Source: Nitrospirota bacterium (GTDB lineage: Bacteria; Nitrospirota; Nitrospiria; Nitrospirales; NS-4). Taken from it: a stretch of DNA of 62,133 bases. The notes under the pieces were generated by a model, which was not told where the DNA came from, made no database searches, and saw only the letters and a list, made by a program, of their open reading frames with translations. How positions within the stretch are numbered: position 1 is the stretch's first letter; each line of letters begins with the position of its first letter. The stretch covers positions 1 to 62,133 of the forward strand of contig VBOD01000109.1 of the NCBI GenBank assembly GCA_005877615.1, written 5' to 3'. The position numbers and the translations under genes were made by a program. Below, piece after piece: positions 21,478-30,335 of the stretch.

Positions 21478-21801
21478 ATGAAGTACGCGCTCTATTTCAT
21501 CATCGGTGGTACCGTGGTCAGTCTGACAACTTACCTGGGAAGCCTCGGACGCAGTTGGCTCGCCGCGTTCGTGACCACATTTCCGGCCCTCACCGGCATA
21601 ACCTTCATCTTGATGTACCTGAACGCCGGGTCGGAGCCCACGGTGCCGTACGCACGAAACCTCCTCTACTTCGTCGTCCCGTGGCTGGCCTATGTGGGCT
21701 TCTACCTCCTGACGATCGATCGCCTTGGATTCTGGTTGACGCTGACAGGTGCAATCGCGCTGTTTGTCACCGTCTCCGTCCTGTCCAAACTGATCGTATA
21801 G
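21478..21801 (+). CDS. Small four-TM membrane protein, GlpM/DUF3147-like
   Basis: 107 aa, entirely hydrophobic helices. FVTTFPALTGITFILMYL resembles the GlpM LIPLFPTF segment. A GAGGAG RBS is present. Confidence 0.5.
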   Translation: MKYALYFIIGGTVVSLTTYLGSLGRSWLAAFVTTFPALTGITFILMYLNAGSEPTVPYARNLLYFVVPWLAYVGFYLLTIDRLGFWLTLTGAIALFVTVSVLSKLIV

Positions 21802-21814
21802 CCCATGCGTTTGC

Positions 21815-21843
21815 TTGCGACCCCCAACCTGATTTGCCATAAT
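21815..21843 (+). promoter_or_regulatory. Candidate promoter for pdxJ-nnr-tsaE-HIT
   Basis: TTGCGA-17 nt-CATAAT, located 36 nt upstream of the pdxJ GTG. Confidence 0.35.
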
Positions 21844-21879
21844 ACTCGCCGGTGAGCAGACCGCACACGAGGAACACCC

Positions 21880-22593
21880 GTGGCTAGGCTGGGCGTCAAC
21901 GTCGATCATGTGGCGACCCTGCGCCAGGCGCGGGGCGGAAAAGAGCCGGACGCCGTGGCCGCCGCCGTGCTCGCGGAATTGGGCGGGGCCGACGGCATCG
22001 TCATCCACTTGCGGGAAGATCGCCGCCACATCCAGGATCGCGACCTGCGCCTCCTGCGCGAGGTTGTCCAGACAAAGCTCGACCTTGAAATGGCGGCCAC
22101 GGAGGAGATGGTCCGCATCGCCATGGATACCAAGCCCCATCTCGTCACCTTCGTGCCGGAGCGTCGGCAGGAGCTGACCACCGAAGGGGGCCTGGACGTC
22201 GCGGGCAATCGCGAGCGGATCAAAGACCTGATCACGCTCCTGCACCAGTGCGGCATCGCCGTGAGCCTCTTCATCGACCCCGAACTCGAACAGATCAAGG
22301 CGGCGCGCCGCGTTGAAGCCGACTGCATCGAGCTGCACACGGGCCGATACGCCAACGCGACGGGACTCAAGGAACAAGACAGCGAGTTCGAATCCCTGGT
22401 TCAGGCCGCGCGCGCCGCCTACAAGCTGGAGCTGGTGGTCAACGCCGGCCACGGCCTCAATTACCGGAACGTGCGGCGCCTGCGCACCATCTCCGAAATT
22501 GTCGAGTACAACATCGGCCACAGCATCATCGCCCACGCCATCTCGGTCGGCCTCGAGCGGGCGGTGCGGGAGATGAAAGACCTCCTCAGGTAG
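21880..22593 (+). CDS. pdxJ: Pyridoxine 5'-phosphate synthase
   Basis: [33 protein letters not shown] and NAGHGLNY motifs. Confidence 0.95.
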   Translation: MARLGVNVDHVATLRQARGGKEPDAVAAAVLAELGGADGIVIHLREDRRHIQDRDLRLLREVVQTKLDLEMAATEEMVRIAMDTKPHLVTFVPERRQELTTEGGLDVAGNRERIKDLITLLHQCGIAVSLFIDPELEQIKAARRVEADCIELHTGRYANATGLKEQDSEFESLVQAARAAYKLELVVNAGHGLNYRNVRRLRTISEIVEYNIGHSIIAHAISVGLERAVREMKDLLR

Positions 22594-22596
22594 CCA

Positions 22597-24168
22597 ATGG
22601 AACTCGTCACCGCTGCGGAGATGCGCGAGCTGGACCGCGCCGCCATCGAGACGCGGAACATTCCGAGCCTCCGTCTCATGGAGAACGCCGGGAAAGCGGT
22701 GGTCCAAGAGATGGAACGGTTCTTCGGCCCGCTGCGAGGGAAGGCCGTCACTGTCGTCGCCGGCAAGGGACAGAACGGCGGGGACGGCTTCGTGACGGCG
22801 CGGCTCCTTCGACAGCGGCGCTGCCAGGCGCGCGTCGTCTTGCTGGCCTCGCCATCCGCCTTAACAGGCGATGCGGCCACCAATCTGAAAAAGTTTCAGC
22901 GAGCCGGCGGGCGTTGCCTCGCGGTGGAAACCACTGCCCAGCTTGCATCGATCCTGAACCCTCTTCTCCAAGACAGTGATCTGGTCGTGGACGCCATCTT
23001 CGGGACTGGTCTGAACGCCCCGGTGCAAGGGTTGTCGGCCACGGCGATCACGCTGATGAATGCCTCCCGGAAGCCGATCGTCGCCATCGATCTGCCCTCT
23101 GGGCTTGACGGCGATACCGGGGCCGTCCTCGGGACCGCCATCACGGCCACCCTCACGGTGACATTGGCCCGTCCCAAGCGCGGACTCTATCTGGGCGCCG
23201 GCCCTGATCACGCCGGTGCCATCCGCGTGGTGGACATCGGCATCCCGCCGGATATCATCGGGGCGGCGAAGATTCCCGTGACGCTGCTCGAGGCGGCGGA
23301 CATCCGCTCCTGGCTTCCGGTTCGGCCCCGCACGGCGCACAAGGGGACGTTCGGCCACGCCGGGATCATCGCCGGATCCGCCGGCAAGACCGGGGCGGCC
23401 GCGATGGCCGCACAGGCCGCGCTCCGGATCGGCGCGGGACTCGTCACGGTCGCGGCCCCGCGTAGCGTGTCGGACGTGCTCGAAGCCAAGCTGCTGGAAG
23501 CCATGACCTATCCCGTCCCGGAGACCGAGGCCCGTACGCTGTCCAAGCAGGCCCTGGAAGCCCTGCTCGCGTTTGCCGAGACCAAGACTGCGCTGGCCAT
23601 CGGACCGGGGATCGGCACGCATCCGGACACCCAGGCGTTGGTCCACAATCTGATCGTGTCGGTGAACCGGCCGACAGTCCTCGATGCCGACGGCATCAAC
23701 GCCTTTGCCGGCCACCAGGAGATGCTCGGCCACGCGCGCGGACCGCTGGTGCTGACGCCCCATCCAGGAGAACTGGCGCGCCTGCTCAGCGTCACCACCG
23801 CGGACGTGCAACGGGACCGGCTCGGCGTCGCGTCGCGCCTGGCGCGCGAGCAGAACGTCTGCGTGGTCCTCAAGGGCGCGGGCTCCGTCGTGGCGGGACC
23901 GGATGGCCGGTTGGCCGTCAATCCGACCGGCAATCCCGGCCTGGCGACGGGAGGGACCGGAGACGTGCTCACCGGTATCATCACGGGCCTCCTGGCACAG
24001 GGGCTGGCCCCGTGGGGTGCGGCCTGCGTTGGCGTCTATGCACATGGATTGGCGGGCGACCTGGCTGCATCAGAGATGGGTGAGACGGGACTCATCGCCG
24101 GGGACGTCATTCGTGCGATTCCCCTCGCCATCCGCCGCATCCTGGAAGACAACTCGCCAGTTCGATGA
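22597..24168 (+). CDS. nnr: Bifunctional NAD(P)H-hydrate epimerase / ADP-dependent dehydratase (YjeF/Nnr)
   Basis: 523 aa with an N-terminal GKGQNGGDG (epimerase) and a C-terminal kinase-like domain with GGTGDVLTG. Confidence 0.9.
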   Translation: MELVTAAEMRELDRAAIETRNIPSLRLMENAGKAVVQEMERFFGPLRGKAVTVVAGKGQNGGDGFVTARLLRQRRCQARVVLLASPSALTGDAATNLKKFQRAGGRCLAVETTAQLASILNPLLQDSDLVVDAIFGTGLNAPVQGLSATAITLMNASRKPIVAIDLPSGLDGDTGAVLGTAITATLTVTLARPKRGLYLGAGPDHAGAIRVVDIGIPPDIIGAAKIPVTLLEAADIRSWLPVRPRTAHKGTFGHAGIIAGSAGKTGAAAMAAQAALRIGAGLVTVAAPRSVSDVLEAKLLEAMTYPVPETEARTLSKQALEALLAFAETKTALAIGPGIGTHPDTQALVHNLIVSVNRPTVLDADGINAFAGHQEMLGHARGPLVLTPHPGELARLLSVTTADVQRDRLGVASRLAREQNVCVVLKGAGSVVAGPDGRLAVNPTGNPGLATGGTGDVLTGIITGLLAQGLAPWGAACVGVYAHGLAGDLAASEMGETGLIAGDVIRAIPLAIRRILEDNSPVR

Positions 24169-24698
24169 CCACCAATCCCGCACGCATGGCAGAGAAAGTC
24201 GGATCTGCGGTCGCTTGGGAGACACGGTCAGCGGCGGAGACCCATGCCCTGGGCAAGGCTGTGGGAGAGTCCTGCACCGGTCATGAAGTCATGGCCCTCG
24301 TCGGGCCGCTGGGCGCCGGCAAAACCTGCCTGGTTCGGGGCATCGCGGAGGGCTTGGGCGTGCCGACCGATCTCGTCGCCAGCCCGACGTTCGTGCTCAT
24401 CCACGAATACGCCGGCCGCCTGCCGCTGTACCATGCCGACCTCTATCGCCTGGAGGAACAGGACGCCGTGAATGGGCTGGGCTTGGAAGAATACACAGAG
24501 ACGCAGGGGGTCACCGTGATTGAATGGGCCGATAAGGCTCCTAGCGTGCTCCCGCGCGACCACCTGTGGATCACCCTGGACCACCTCGGCGGGGATCGTC
24601 GGCGCGTGGCGCTTCACCCCCGCGATGCCCGATCGGCCGGGCTGGTCGCGCGAGCCACGGCGCGCCTCGCCGAACAGTCACGGACGGGACGCCCATGA
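24165..24698 (+). CDS. tsaE: tRNA t6A37 biosynthesis ATPase TsaE
   Basis: LVGPLGAGKTCLVRG, SPTFVLIHEY, LYHADLYRL and VIEWADK. It overlaps the nnr stop. Confidence 0.85.
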   Translation: MTTNPARMAEKVGSAVAWETRSAAETHALGKAVGESCTGHEVMALVGPLGAGKTCLVRGIAEGLGVPTDLVASPTFVLIHEYAGRLPLYHADLYRLEEQDAVNGLGLEEYTETQGVTVIEWADKAPSVLPRDHLWITLDHLGGDRRRVALHPRDARSAGLVARATARLAEQSRTGRP

Positions 24699-25240
24699 AG
24701 CAACTCTGGGCCCCCTGGCGTCTGTCCTTTATAGAACAGGTCTCAGGCGACTCCGGCTGCATCTTTTGCGAGAAGCCAGCCCTCCGTCAGGACGGGAAGA
24801 CGTTTATTCTCTGGCGGGGCCGCCACGCTTACGTGCTCATGAACATCTACCCGTACACCAACGGCCATCTCTTGATCGCGCCCTACCGGCACATCGGGGC
24901 CATCGAGGACCTTCCCGAAACGGTCTTGCTGGACATGCTGCGTCTGTTGCAGCGCTCGATCAAGGCCATCCGGAAGGCCTATGCGCCCGAAGGGTTCAAT
25001 ATTGGCGTGAACCAGGGGAAGGTTGCGGGGGCCGGGATCGAGCACCATGTCCACCTGCACATCGTGCCGCGGTGGAGCGCGGACACGAACTTCATGCCGC
25101 TCCTCGGGGAGACTCGTGTCCTGCCGCAGCACCTAAAGGCTTCCTACATGCGCTTGAAGGCGGCGTTCGGCTCAGGCCACTCGGCGGGGCGGCCAGTTTC
25201 GCGGCAGGCGCGGACGTCGCGCCGCGCCCGGCAGAGATGA
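24695..25240 (+). CDS. HIT-family nucleotide hydrolase/transferase (Ap4A phosphorylase-like)
   Basis: Start trimmed to ATG 24695 (ATGA overlap with tsaE). MKQLWAPWRLSFI, CIFC, NIYPYTNGHLLIAP and the histidine triad HVHLHIVPRW. It has a basic Arg-rich C-terminal tail. Confidence 0.82.
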   Translation: MKQLWAPWRLSFIEQVSGDSGCIFCEKPALRQDGKTFILWRGRHAYVLMNIYPYTNGHLLIAPYRHIGAIEDLPETVLLDMLRLLQRSIKAIRKAYAPEGFNIGVNQGKVAGAGIEHHVHLHIVPRWSADTNFMPLLGETRVLPQHLKASYMRLKAAFGSGHSAGRPVSRQARTSRRARQR

Positions 25241-25246
25241 CCGCCG

Positions 25247-25585
25247 ATGATCCGCCTAATCCTCGTGGTCGTCCTCATCGCGCTGTCGATCACCTTCTTC
25301 TTCCAGAACCGCCAAGAAGAAGCGGTCTTGCACTACTTCGGCGCGACCACGCCGCCGACGCCCATCTATAAACCGATTCTGAGCGCGTTCGGCACCGGCC
25401 TTTTGATTATGGGACTCCTGCTGTTCCCCGCCTGGATCAAGCTGCGCATGGAGCTGCGACGGACCCGCACCGCCCTCCATCTCGCGGAGGAGGAAATGGA
25501 CCGGCTCCGCGCCACGCAGGGGATTCCGGTCGCTCGCCCGCCGGTGCCGGGGCGCGAGAACGCCGAGGATGAGGATGCTCCCTGA
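25247..25585 (+). CDS. Small membrane protein, LapA-domain (DUF1049)-like
   Basis: Two TM helices (LILVVVLIALSITFFFQN; ILSAFGTGLLIMGLLLF) followed by a charged helix LRMELRRTRTAL. Confidence 0.5.
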   Translation: MIRLILVVVLIALSITFFFQNRQEEAVLHYFGATTPPTPIYKPILSAFGTGLLIMGLLLFPAWIKLRMELRRTRTALHLAEEEMDRLRATQGIPVARPPVPGRENAEDEDAP

Positions 25586-28166
25586 TCTCACGCCGCTTAT
25601 GCGGCAATACCGCCAGGTCAAGCAGCGTTATCCGGACGCCATCCTCTTCTTCCGGGTCGGGGACTTCTATGAAATGTTCTACGAGGACGCGATCGAGGGC
25701 TCGCGCCTGCTCGAGATCGCGCTGACCTCGCGCGACAAGCACAAGGCCGATCAAGTGCCCTTGTGCGGCGTCCCCTATCATGCCGCCACCAGCTACATCG
25801 CCAAGCTCTTGCGGGTCGGCCGCGCGGTGGCTGTCTGTGATCAGGTCGAAGATCCGCAGACCGCCAAAGGCCTCGTGCGACGCGAGGTCGTGCGCGTGTA
25901 CACGCCGGGCACGTTGATCGAGCCGGACCTGCTGGCCGCCGGCGAGCCAAACTACCTGGCGGCGATCGCGCCGGGCTCGTCCGGAGCCGGGGTTGCCTGG
26001 CTAGATCTGTCCACGGCAGAGTTCCGGGTGCTGGAACTCAGAGCCCCCTGGACGGACGCGGTCCGCGACGAACTGCTCCGGATCGAGCCCCGCGAGATTC
26101 TGGTCCCGGATGAGGAGGCGGAGCGGCTGCGTGCCACCATTGGTCCCATCGCCGCTGCGATCACGCCGGTCCCGGCCTCGACCTTCCACCGCGCGGCGGC
26201 GCACGCGCTGCTGCTCGGACATTTCCGCGTCGCCTCCCTGGCGGGCTTCGGCTGCGACGACAAGCCCCTTGCAGTCTCTGCCGCGGGCGCCCTCCTGCAG
26301 TACGTCGCAGACACTCAACCGGGCGCGTCCCTGTCCCACGTGACCAGGATGCAGGTCTCCGCGCAAGGCGGCACGATGCTCTTGGATCGGGCGACGCAGC
26401 GCAACCTCGAATTGGTCCGCCGCGCCGTGGACGGCCAGGTGAACGGGTCTCTCCTCAGTGTCCTTGATCGGACCGTTACGCCCCTGGGCGCCCGGCTGCT
26501 GCGGGAATGGATCCTCCGCCCCTTGACGGATCTGGAGCAGATTGCGGCGCGCCAAGAGGCGGTCGGCGACTTCCATGGTCACCTGGATCGACGGAGTCGC
26601 CTCCGCACAGCCTTGCGCGGCGTGTCGGATCTCGAGCGGTTGATGAGCAGGATCGTGCTGGGCGTGGCCAACGCGCGAGACCTCTGCGCGCTCAAAGACT
26701 CCATCGCCGCAGTCCCGGCCATCACCCGAGTGCTGGCGGCCTGTACCGCCCCGCTCTTGCGCGAGAGGGCCGAGGCCTGGGACGATCTCGCGCAGTTGGC
26801 CGCGAAGATCGAGCAGGCGATCCATCCGGAGCCCCCACCGTCGGTCAAAGATGGAGGATTGATTCGCGACGGCTACAACGCCGACCTCGACGAACTGCGC
26901 GCGATCAGTCGGGACGGGAAGACCTGGATCGCTCAGATCGAGCTACAGGAACGGCAACGCACCGGCATCGACTCCCTGAAAGTCCGCTACAACCAAGTAT
27001 TCGGCTACTACATCGAAGTCACGAAGGCCAACCTGTCGCGGGTGCCCGCCCTTTACGTCCGCAAGCAGACCCTCGTCAACGCCGAACGGTTCATCACGCC
27101 GGAGCTCAAGGCCCTCGAGGACAAGGTGCTGGGGGCCGAAGACCGCATCCGCGCCCTGGAATACGAACTGTTCGACGCCTTGCGACGGGAAGCCGCCGGC
27201 TCAGCACCACGCGTCCAGACCCTCGCGCGCACGCTGGCTCTGGCCGACGCGTTGGCGTCCCTGGCTGAAGTGGCGGCGGAGGGCGGGTACTGCCGTCCCG
27301 AGTTGACGCCGGACGACCTGCTCATCATCAAGGACGGCCGCCATCCCGTGCTCGAACGGCAGGACCTCCCCGGCGGGTTCATCCCCAACGACGTGCTGCT
27401 TGGCGGACCGGACCACCGGCTCCTCATCATCACCGGGCCCAACATGGCCGGCAAGAGCACCTACCTGAGGCAGACCGCGCTGATCGTGCTGATGGCCCAG
27501 ATGGGAGGGTTCGTGTCAGCCAAGTCCGCCGTGATCGGCCTCGTGGACCGGATCTTCACGCGGATCGGCGCCGCGGACAATCTGGTGGAGGGCCAGAGCA
27601 CCTTCATGGTGGAAATGACCGAGACGGCCAACATCCTTCACCACGCCACGTCGCGGAGCCTGATCATCCTCGACGAGATCGGACGGGGCACTAGCACATT
27701 CGACGGGCTCAGCATCGCGTGGGCCGTCGCCGAGCATCTGGCCGATCGCAACCGGATCGGCGCCCGGACGCTCTTCGCGACCCACTACCACGAGTTGACA
27801 GACCTGGCGCGCACCCATACGGGCGTACGGAACTACAATGTGGCGGTCCGGGAACGAGGAGAAGAAATTCTCTTTCTGCGGAAGATCGTGGAAGGCGGGG
27901 CCGACCGCAGCTACGGTATCCACGTGGCCCGCCTGGCGGGCTTACCCGGAAACGTCGTCACGCGAGCGGAGGAAGTGCTCAAACGGCTCGAAAGCGGATC
28001 GGCCCAAGAAATTCCCGCCTACCTGGCACCCGACCCGACCCTGCCGCCGCCTCACCCGATCCTGGAAGAAGTCCGTCAGATGGACCTGTTCAGCATGACC
28101 CCGCTTGAGGCCATGAACAAATTGGCCGAGATCAAGGAACGATTGAAAAAAGGCGAGAGCCCCTGA
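25569..28166 (+). CDS. mutS: DNA mismatch repair protein MutS
   Basis: 865 aa with TPLMRQYRQVKQRYPD, FFRVGDFYE, Walker A GPNMAGKST, DEIGRGTSTFDG and HYHEL. Confidence 0.97.
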   Translation: MRMLPDLTPLMRQYRQVKQRYPDAILFFRVGDFYEMFYEDAIEGSRLLEIALTSRDKHKADQVPLCGVPYHAATSYIAKLLRVGRAVAVCDQVEDPQTAKGLVRREVVRVYTPGTLIEPDLLAAGEPNYLAAIAPGSSGAGVAWLDLSTAEFRVLELRAPWTDAVRDELLRIEPREILVPDEEAERLRATIGPIAAAITPVPASTFHRAAAHALLLGHFRVASLAGFGCDDKPLAVSAAGALLQYVADTQPGASLSHVTRMQVSAQGGTMLLDRATQRNLELVRRAVDGQVNGSLLSVLDRTVTPLGARLLREWILRPLTDLEQIAARQEAVGDFHGHLDRRSRLRTALRGVSDLERLMSRIVLGVANARDLCALKDSIAAVPAITRVLAACTAPLLRERAEAWDDLAQLAAKIEQAIHPEPPPSVKDGGLIRDGYNADLDELRAISRDGKTWIAQIELQERQRTGIDSLKVRYNQVFGYYIEVTKANLSRVPALYVRKQTLVNAERFITPELKALEDKVLGAEDRIRALEYELFDALRREAAGSAPRVQTLARTLALADALASLAEVAAEGGYCRPELTPDDLLIIKDGRHPVLERQDLPGGFIPNDVLLGGPDHRLLIITGPNMAGKSTYLRQTALIVLMAQMGGFVSAKSAVIGLVDRIFTRIGAADNLVEGQSTFMVEMTETANILHHATSRSLIILDEIGRGTSTFDGLSIAWAVAEHLADRNRIGARTLFATHYHELTDLARTHTGVRNYNVAVRERGEEILFLRKIVEGGADRSYGIHVARLAGLPGNVVTRAEEVLKRLESGSAQEIPAYLAPDPTLPPPHPILEEVRQMDLFSMTPLEAMNKLAEIKERLKKGESP

Positions 28167-28171
28167 AAAGA

Positions 28172-28207
28172 AACGGGCGGTGAGTCCTGCAGGACTCACC
28201 GCCCGTT
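28172..28207. terminator. Perfect 36-nt palindrome, bidirectional terminator between mutS and the convergent exported-protein operon
   Basis: aacgggcggtgagtcctg|caggactcaccgcccgtt is exactly self-complementary. The minus strand continues TTCTTTTC. Confidence 0.7.
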
Positions 28208-28232
28208 GAAACATCGCTTCGCTTTTACGACT

Positions 28233-28907
28233 TTAGTGGCCGCCGCCTTTCGGAGCCTCACCCGTACAACCTGGAGGAATATGCTTGAAGAGGGCGTGCT
28301 TGCCGTACTGCGTACTACCGCCAGGAAGTTGCTCGCCAAGCACGTCGGTCGGAACCGGCGTTCCCTTCCCGCACTCAGACTTCATCGTCGGGAAGCCTGG
28401 CTGCGCTGTCATCTTCGGTTGACCCGGAAAAACCACATCTGACCCACCAGCTACGACGCCCTTCCACAGCTTGTCATCCACGTCCTTCACGTTAGAGGCG
28501 ACACGCTTGTTCTGCTCGACCTCGTGGACCGTCATCTCGACCACGTCGCCTTTCGTCGTGGGCGGCACCTGCTCCGCTGCGGCGGGGCCGGGTTTCGGGC
28601 GAGCCTTGGACTTCAGCGCTTCCAAATCCTTACCGGAGGCGAATACACGCATGTTCTTGCCGGGTAGCATCATGGCCCAGAACTGGTCGATCTCACCGCT
28701 GTTCCGGACGCCTTTCCAGACCCAGTTCACCCAGACCGCATCCTCATACGGGTCCACGACGATCACGCGGGCCAGGATGGTCCGGGGCTGGCTGAAGTCC
28801 TCCTCAAAGCGCTCTGAAAAAGCCTCGATGGCCAGGGCGGTCCCGGCCAACGCACCCACGAGCAGGAGTGCGGCGCCGACCGCCGTAACCTTGGAATAAG
28901 CCTTCAT
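28233..28907 (-). CDS. Hypothetical exported protein (no family recognised)
   Basis: 224 aa with signal peptide MKAYSKVTAVGAALLLVGALAGTALA and an AAGGAGGGAG RBS. The C-terminal region carries two Cys and terminal GGGH. Confidence 0.6.
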   Translation of the reverse strand: MKAYSKVTAVGAALLLVGALAGTALAIEAFSERFEEDFSQPRTILARVIVVDPYEDAVWVNWVWKGVRNSGEIDQFWAMMLPGKNMRVFASGKDLEALKSKARPKPGPAAAEQVPPTTKGDVVEMTVHEVEQNKRVASNVKDVDDKLWKGVVAGGSDVVFPGQPKMTAQPGFPTMKSECGKGTPVPTDVLGEQLPGGSTQYGKHALFKHIPPGCTGEAPKGGGH

Positions 28908-28955
28908 GAGACTCCCTCCTTCACTAATCGATAAAAGGAATTTTTAAAGAGCCAA

Positions 28956-29402
28956 TTATTTGAGCACCTTGAAGGACGTGATCGTCGGACGACCGTTGAC
29001 CTCGTCGACGTGCACTTCCATGTTCACCAATTCCTGGTTCGCCTTCATCATCTGGTCCATCAAGCTCTTGTCCTTGACAGCCAAGCGCACAGTGGTCTGC
29101 GCGTGATACCAACCAGAATAGGGCGCGTTCTTCTCCGTCCCGCCCTGGAAACCCCACGCTCCGCCAGCAGCCCATCCATCAGGCGTCTCCGTCGTTTGGA
29201 CCGACGTGCGTCCGCCCGGTGCACCTGACCCCGGAGCCCCGGTGTTCCAGTATTGAATCCCGAAGAGGACCTCGCCGTCCGGATTCTCGGCCCATTGAGC
29301 CCAGATCCGACCCTTCAAGGTCTCGGCCGCTGCTTCATCAGCTGGCCACCAGCCCACCACCAGCAAGGCTAAAACTGCAGCAATGATGACGCCTCTTTTC
29401 AT
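28956..29402 (-). CDS. Hypothetical exported Trp/Gly-rich protein (no family recognised)
   Basis: 148 aa with signal peptide MKRGVIIAAVLALLVVGWWPADEAAA and an AAGGAGGGAGA RBS. The mature part is rich in W/G (GWAAGGAWGFQGG). Confidence 0.6.
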   Translation of the reverse strand: MKRGVIIAAVLALLVVGWWPADEAAAETLKGRIWAQWAENPDGEVLFGIQYWNTGAPGSGAPGGRTSVQTTETPDGWAAGGAWGFQGGTEKNAPYSGWYHAQTTVRLAVKDKSLMDQMMKANQELVNMEVHVDEVNGRPTITSFKVLK

Positions 29403-29468
29403 CCTGTCTCCCTCCTTATCAACTCTATGAAGATGACGTAAGCGTAAACGACAAATGACTCCTCACAT

Positions 29469-29498
29469 TCATATCACTTGAGCAAAAGCTTGTGCAAC
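29469..29498 (-). promoter_or_regulatory. Candidate promoter P2 (extended -10) for the exported-protein operon
   Basis: The minus strand reads TTGCAC-15 nt-TGA-TATGAA, inside a markedly AT-rich 210-bp intergenic region. Confidence 0.3.
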
Positions 29499-29538
29499 CT
29501 AAAAAATTTATTAACAAATCCAAACCAGCAGGGTGGGA

Positions 29539-29567
29539 TGCTACTAAAGGGACAAGGGCTTGTCAAG
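29539..29567 (-). promoter_or_regulatory. Candidate promoter P1 for the exported-protein operon
   Basis: The minus strand reads TTGACA-17 nt-TAGCAT. The -35 is embedded in overlapping palindromes. Confidence 0.35.
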
Positions 29568-29572
29568 ACAAT
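29552..29572. promoter_or_regulatory. Overlapping inverted repeats (possible operator)
   Basis: The plus strand reads GACAAG-gg-CTTGTC-aa-GACAA. This is three alternating half-sites overlapping the P1 -35. Confidence 0.35.
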
Positions 29573-29612
29573 TTTAGACAGGCGCTACCCCCATTTAACT
29601 CCTTGAAAGGGC

Positions 29613-30320
29613 TTATTTATTCTGCACCTGGCCGATGACTAAATTGGCCATGCCAGTGGTCAGGCGTCCCCCTTCCGGAACGACATCCGGCACGAAGCAA
29701 TAGTCGCCCGATTTCCAGGCCAAGAGAGACGCCAGCGGTTCTCGTCCCTCTGCCGTGCCCAGATCCGCCCCAATGATCTTCCCGCCCTGCAGATAAATGG
29801 TGCCGGAGTCCCCGTCGCGCTTCAACACCAGCGCGCCGGTCCTCTCGTGCAGTTCCAACATTTGAAGAAGGTCCAACAGATCAGTGTCGGCGAGCTTCCC
29901 GGTGATGCTGATCGAGTCAGGCCGGATGTTCTTCACAGCCTCGACGCGGGCCAGCAGTGCCTCCACGCGGGCATGCAGGTCGCCGAGGTCGCAGGGTTTC
30001 GCCAGATAGTCATCGGCTCCCATTCGGAGCCCCCGGATCCGGTCGCGGTCGTCATCTTTCGCTGTCAGGAATAGGAAGGGGATCGTGCACGTACGGGGGT
30101 CCGTTCGAAGTCGCCGGCACAGGACGTACCCGTCCATGACCGGCATCATGATGTCCGCGACGATGAGGTCGGGTCTGGCTTCCGCGATCCGCTCCAGCGC
30201 CTCCATCCCGTGGGAGGCGGTCCGCACCACATAGCCGCGCTGACCCAGGTACAACTCGATCGTCCGGGCCAACCTGACTTCGTCCTCCACCACCAGGATG
30301 TTCGGCAGGTTCGCCATCAC
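29613..30320 (-). CDS. Response regulator: receiver domain fused to PATAN/DUF4388 domain
   Basis: NILVVEDE...DLIVADIMMPVMDG...TAKD...GADDYLAKP (REC), then GKLADTDLLDLLQMLELHERTGALVLKRDGDSGTIYLQGGKIIGA...LLAWKSGDYCF (DUF4388 pattern). Confidence 0.85.
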   Translation of the reverse strand: MMANLPNILVVEDEVRLARTIELYLGQRGYVVRTASHGMEALERIAEARPDLIVADIMMPVMDGYVLCRRLRTDPRTCTIPFLFLTAKDDDRDRIRGLRMGADDYLAKPCDLGDLHARVEALLARVEAVKNIRPDSISITGKLADTDLLDLLQMLELHERTGALVLKRDGDSGTIYLQGGKIIGADLGTAEGREPLASLLAWKSGDYCFVPDVVPEGGRLTTGMANLVIGQVQNK

Positions 30321-30335
30321 GTCCTCCCCCCTCGA

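Noticed and set aside
22386-22395. GTTCGAATCC, a tRNA T-loop-like sequence.
   Set aside because: It lies in frame inside pdxJ (SEFESLV). The flanking sequence has no acceptor or anticodon stem complementarity.
29478-29498. Sigma54-like TTGCAC-n6-TTGC upstream of the exported-protein operon.
   Set aside because: The invariant GG of the -24 element is absent and the spacing is off by one. A sigma70 extended -10 promoter explains it better.
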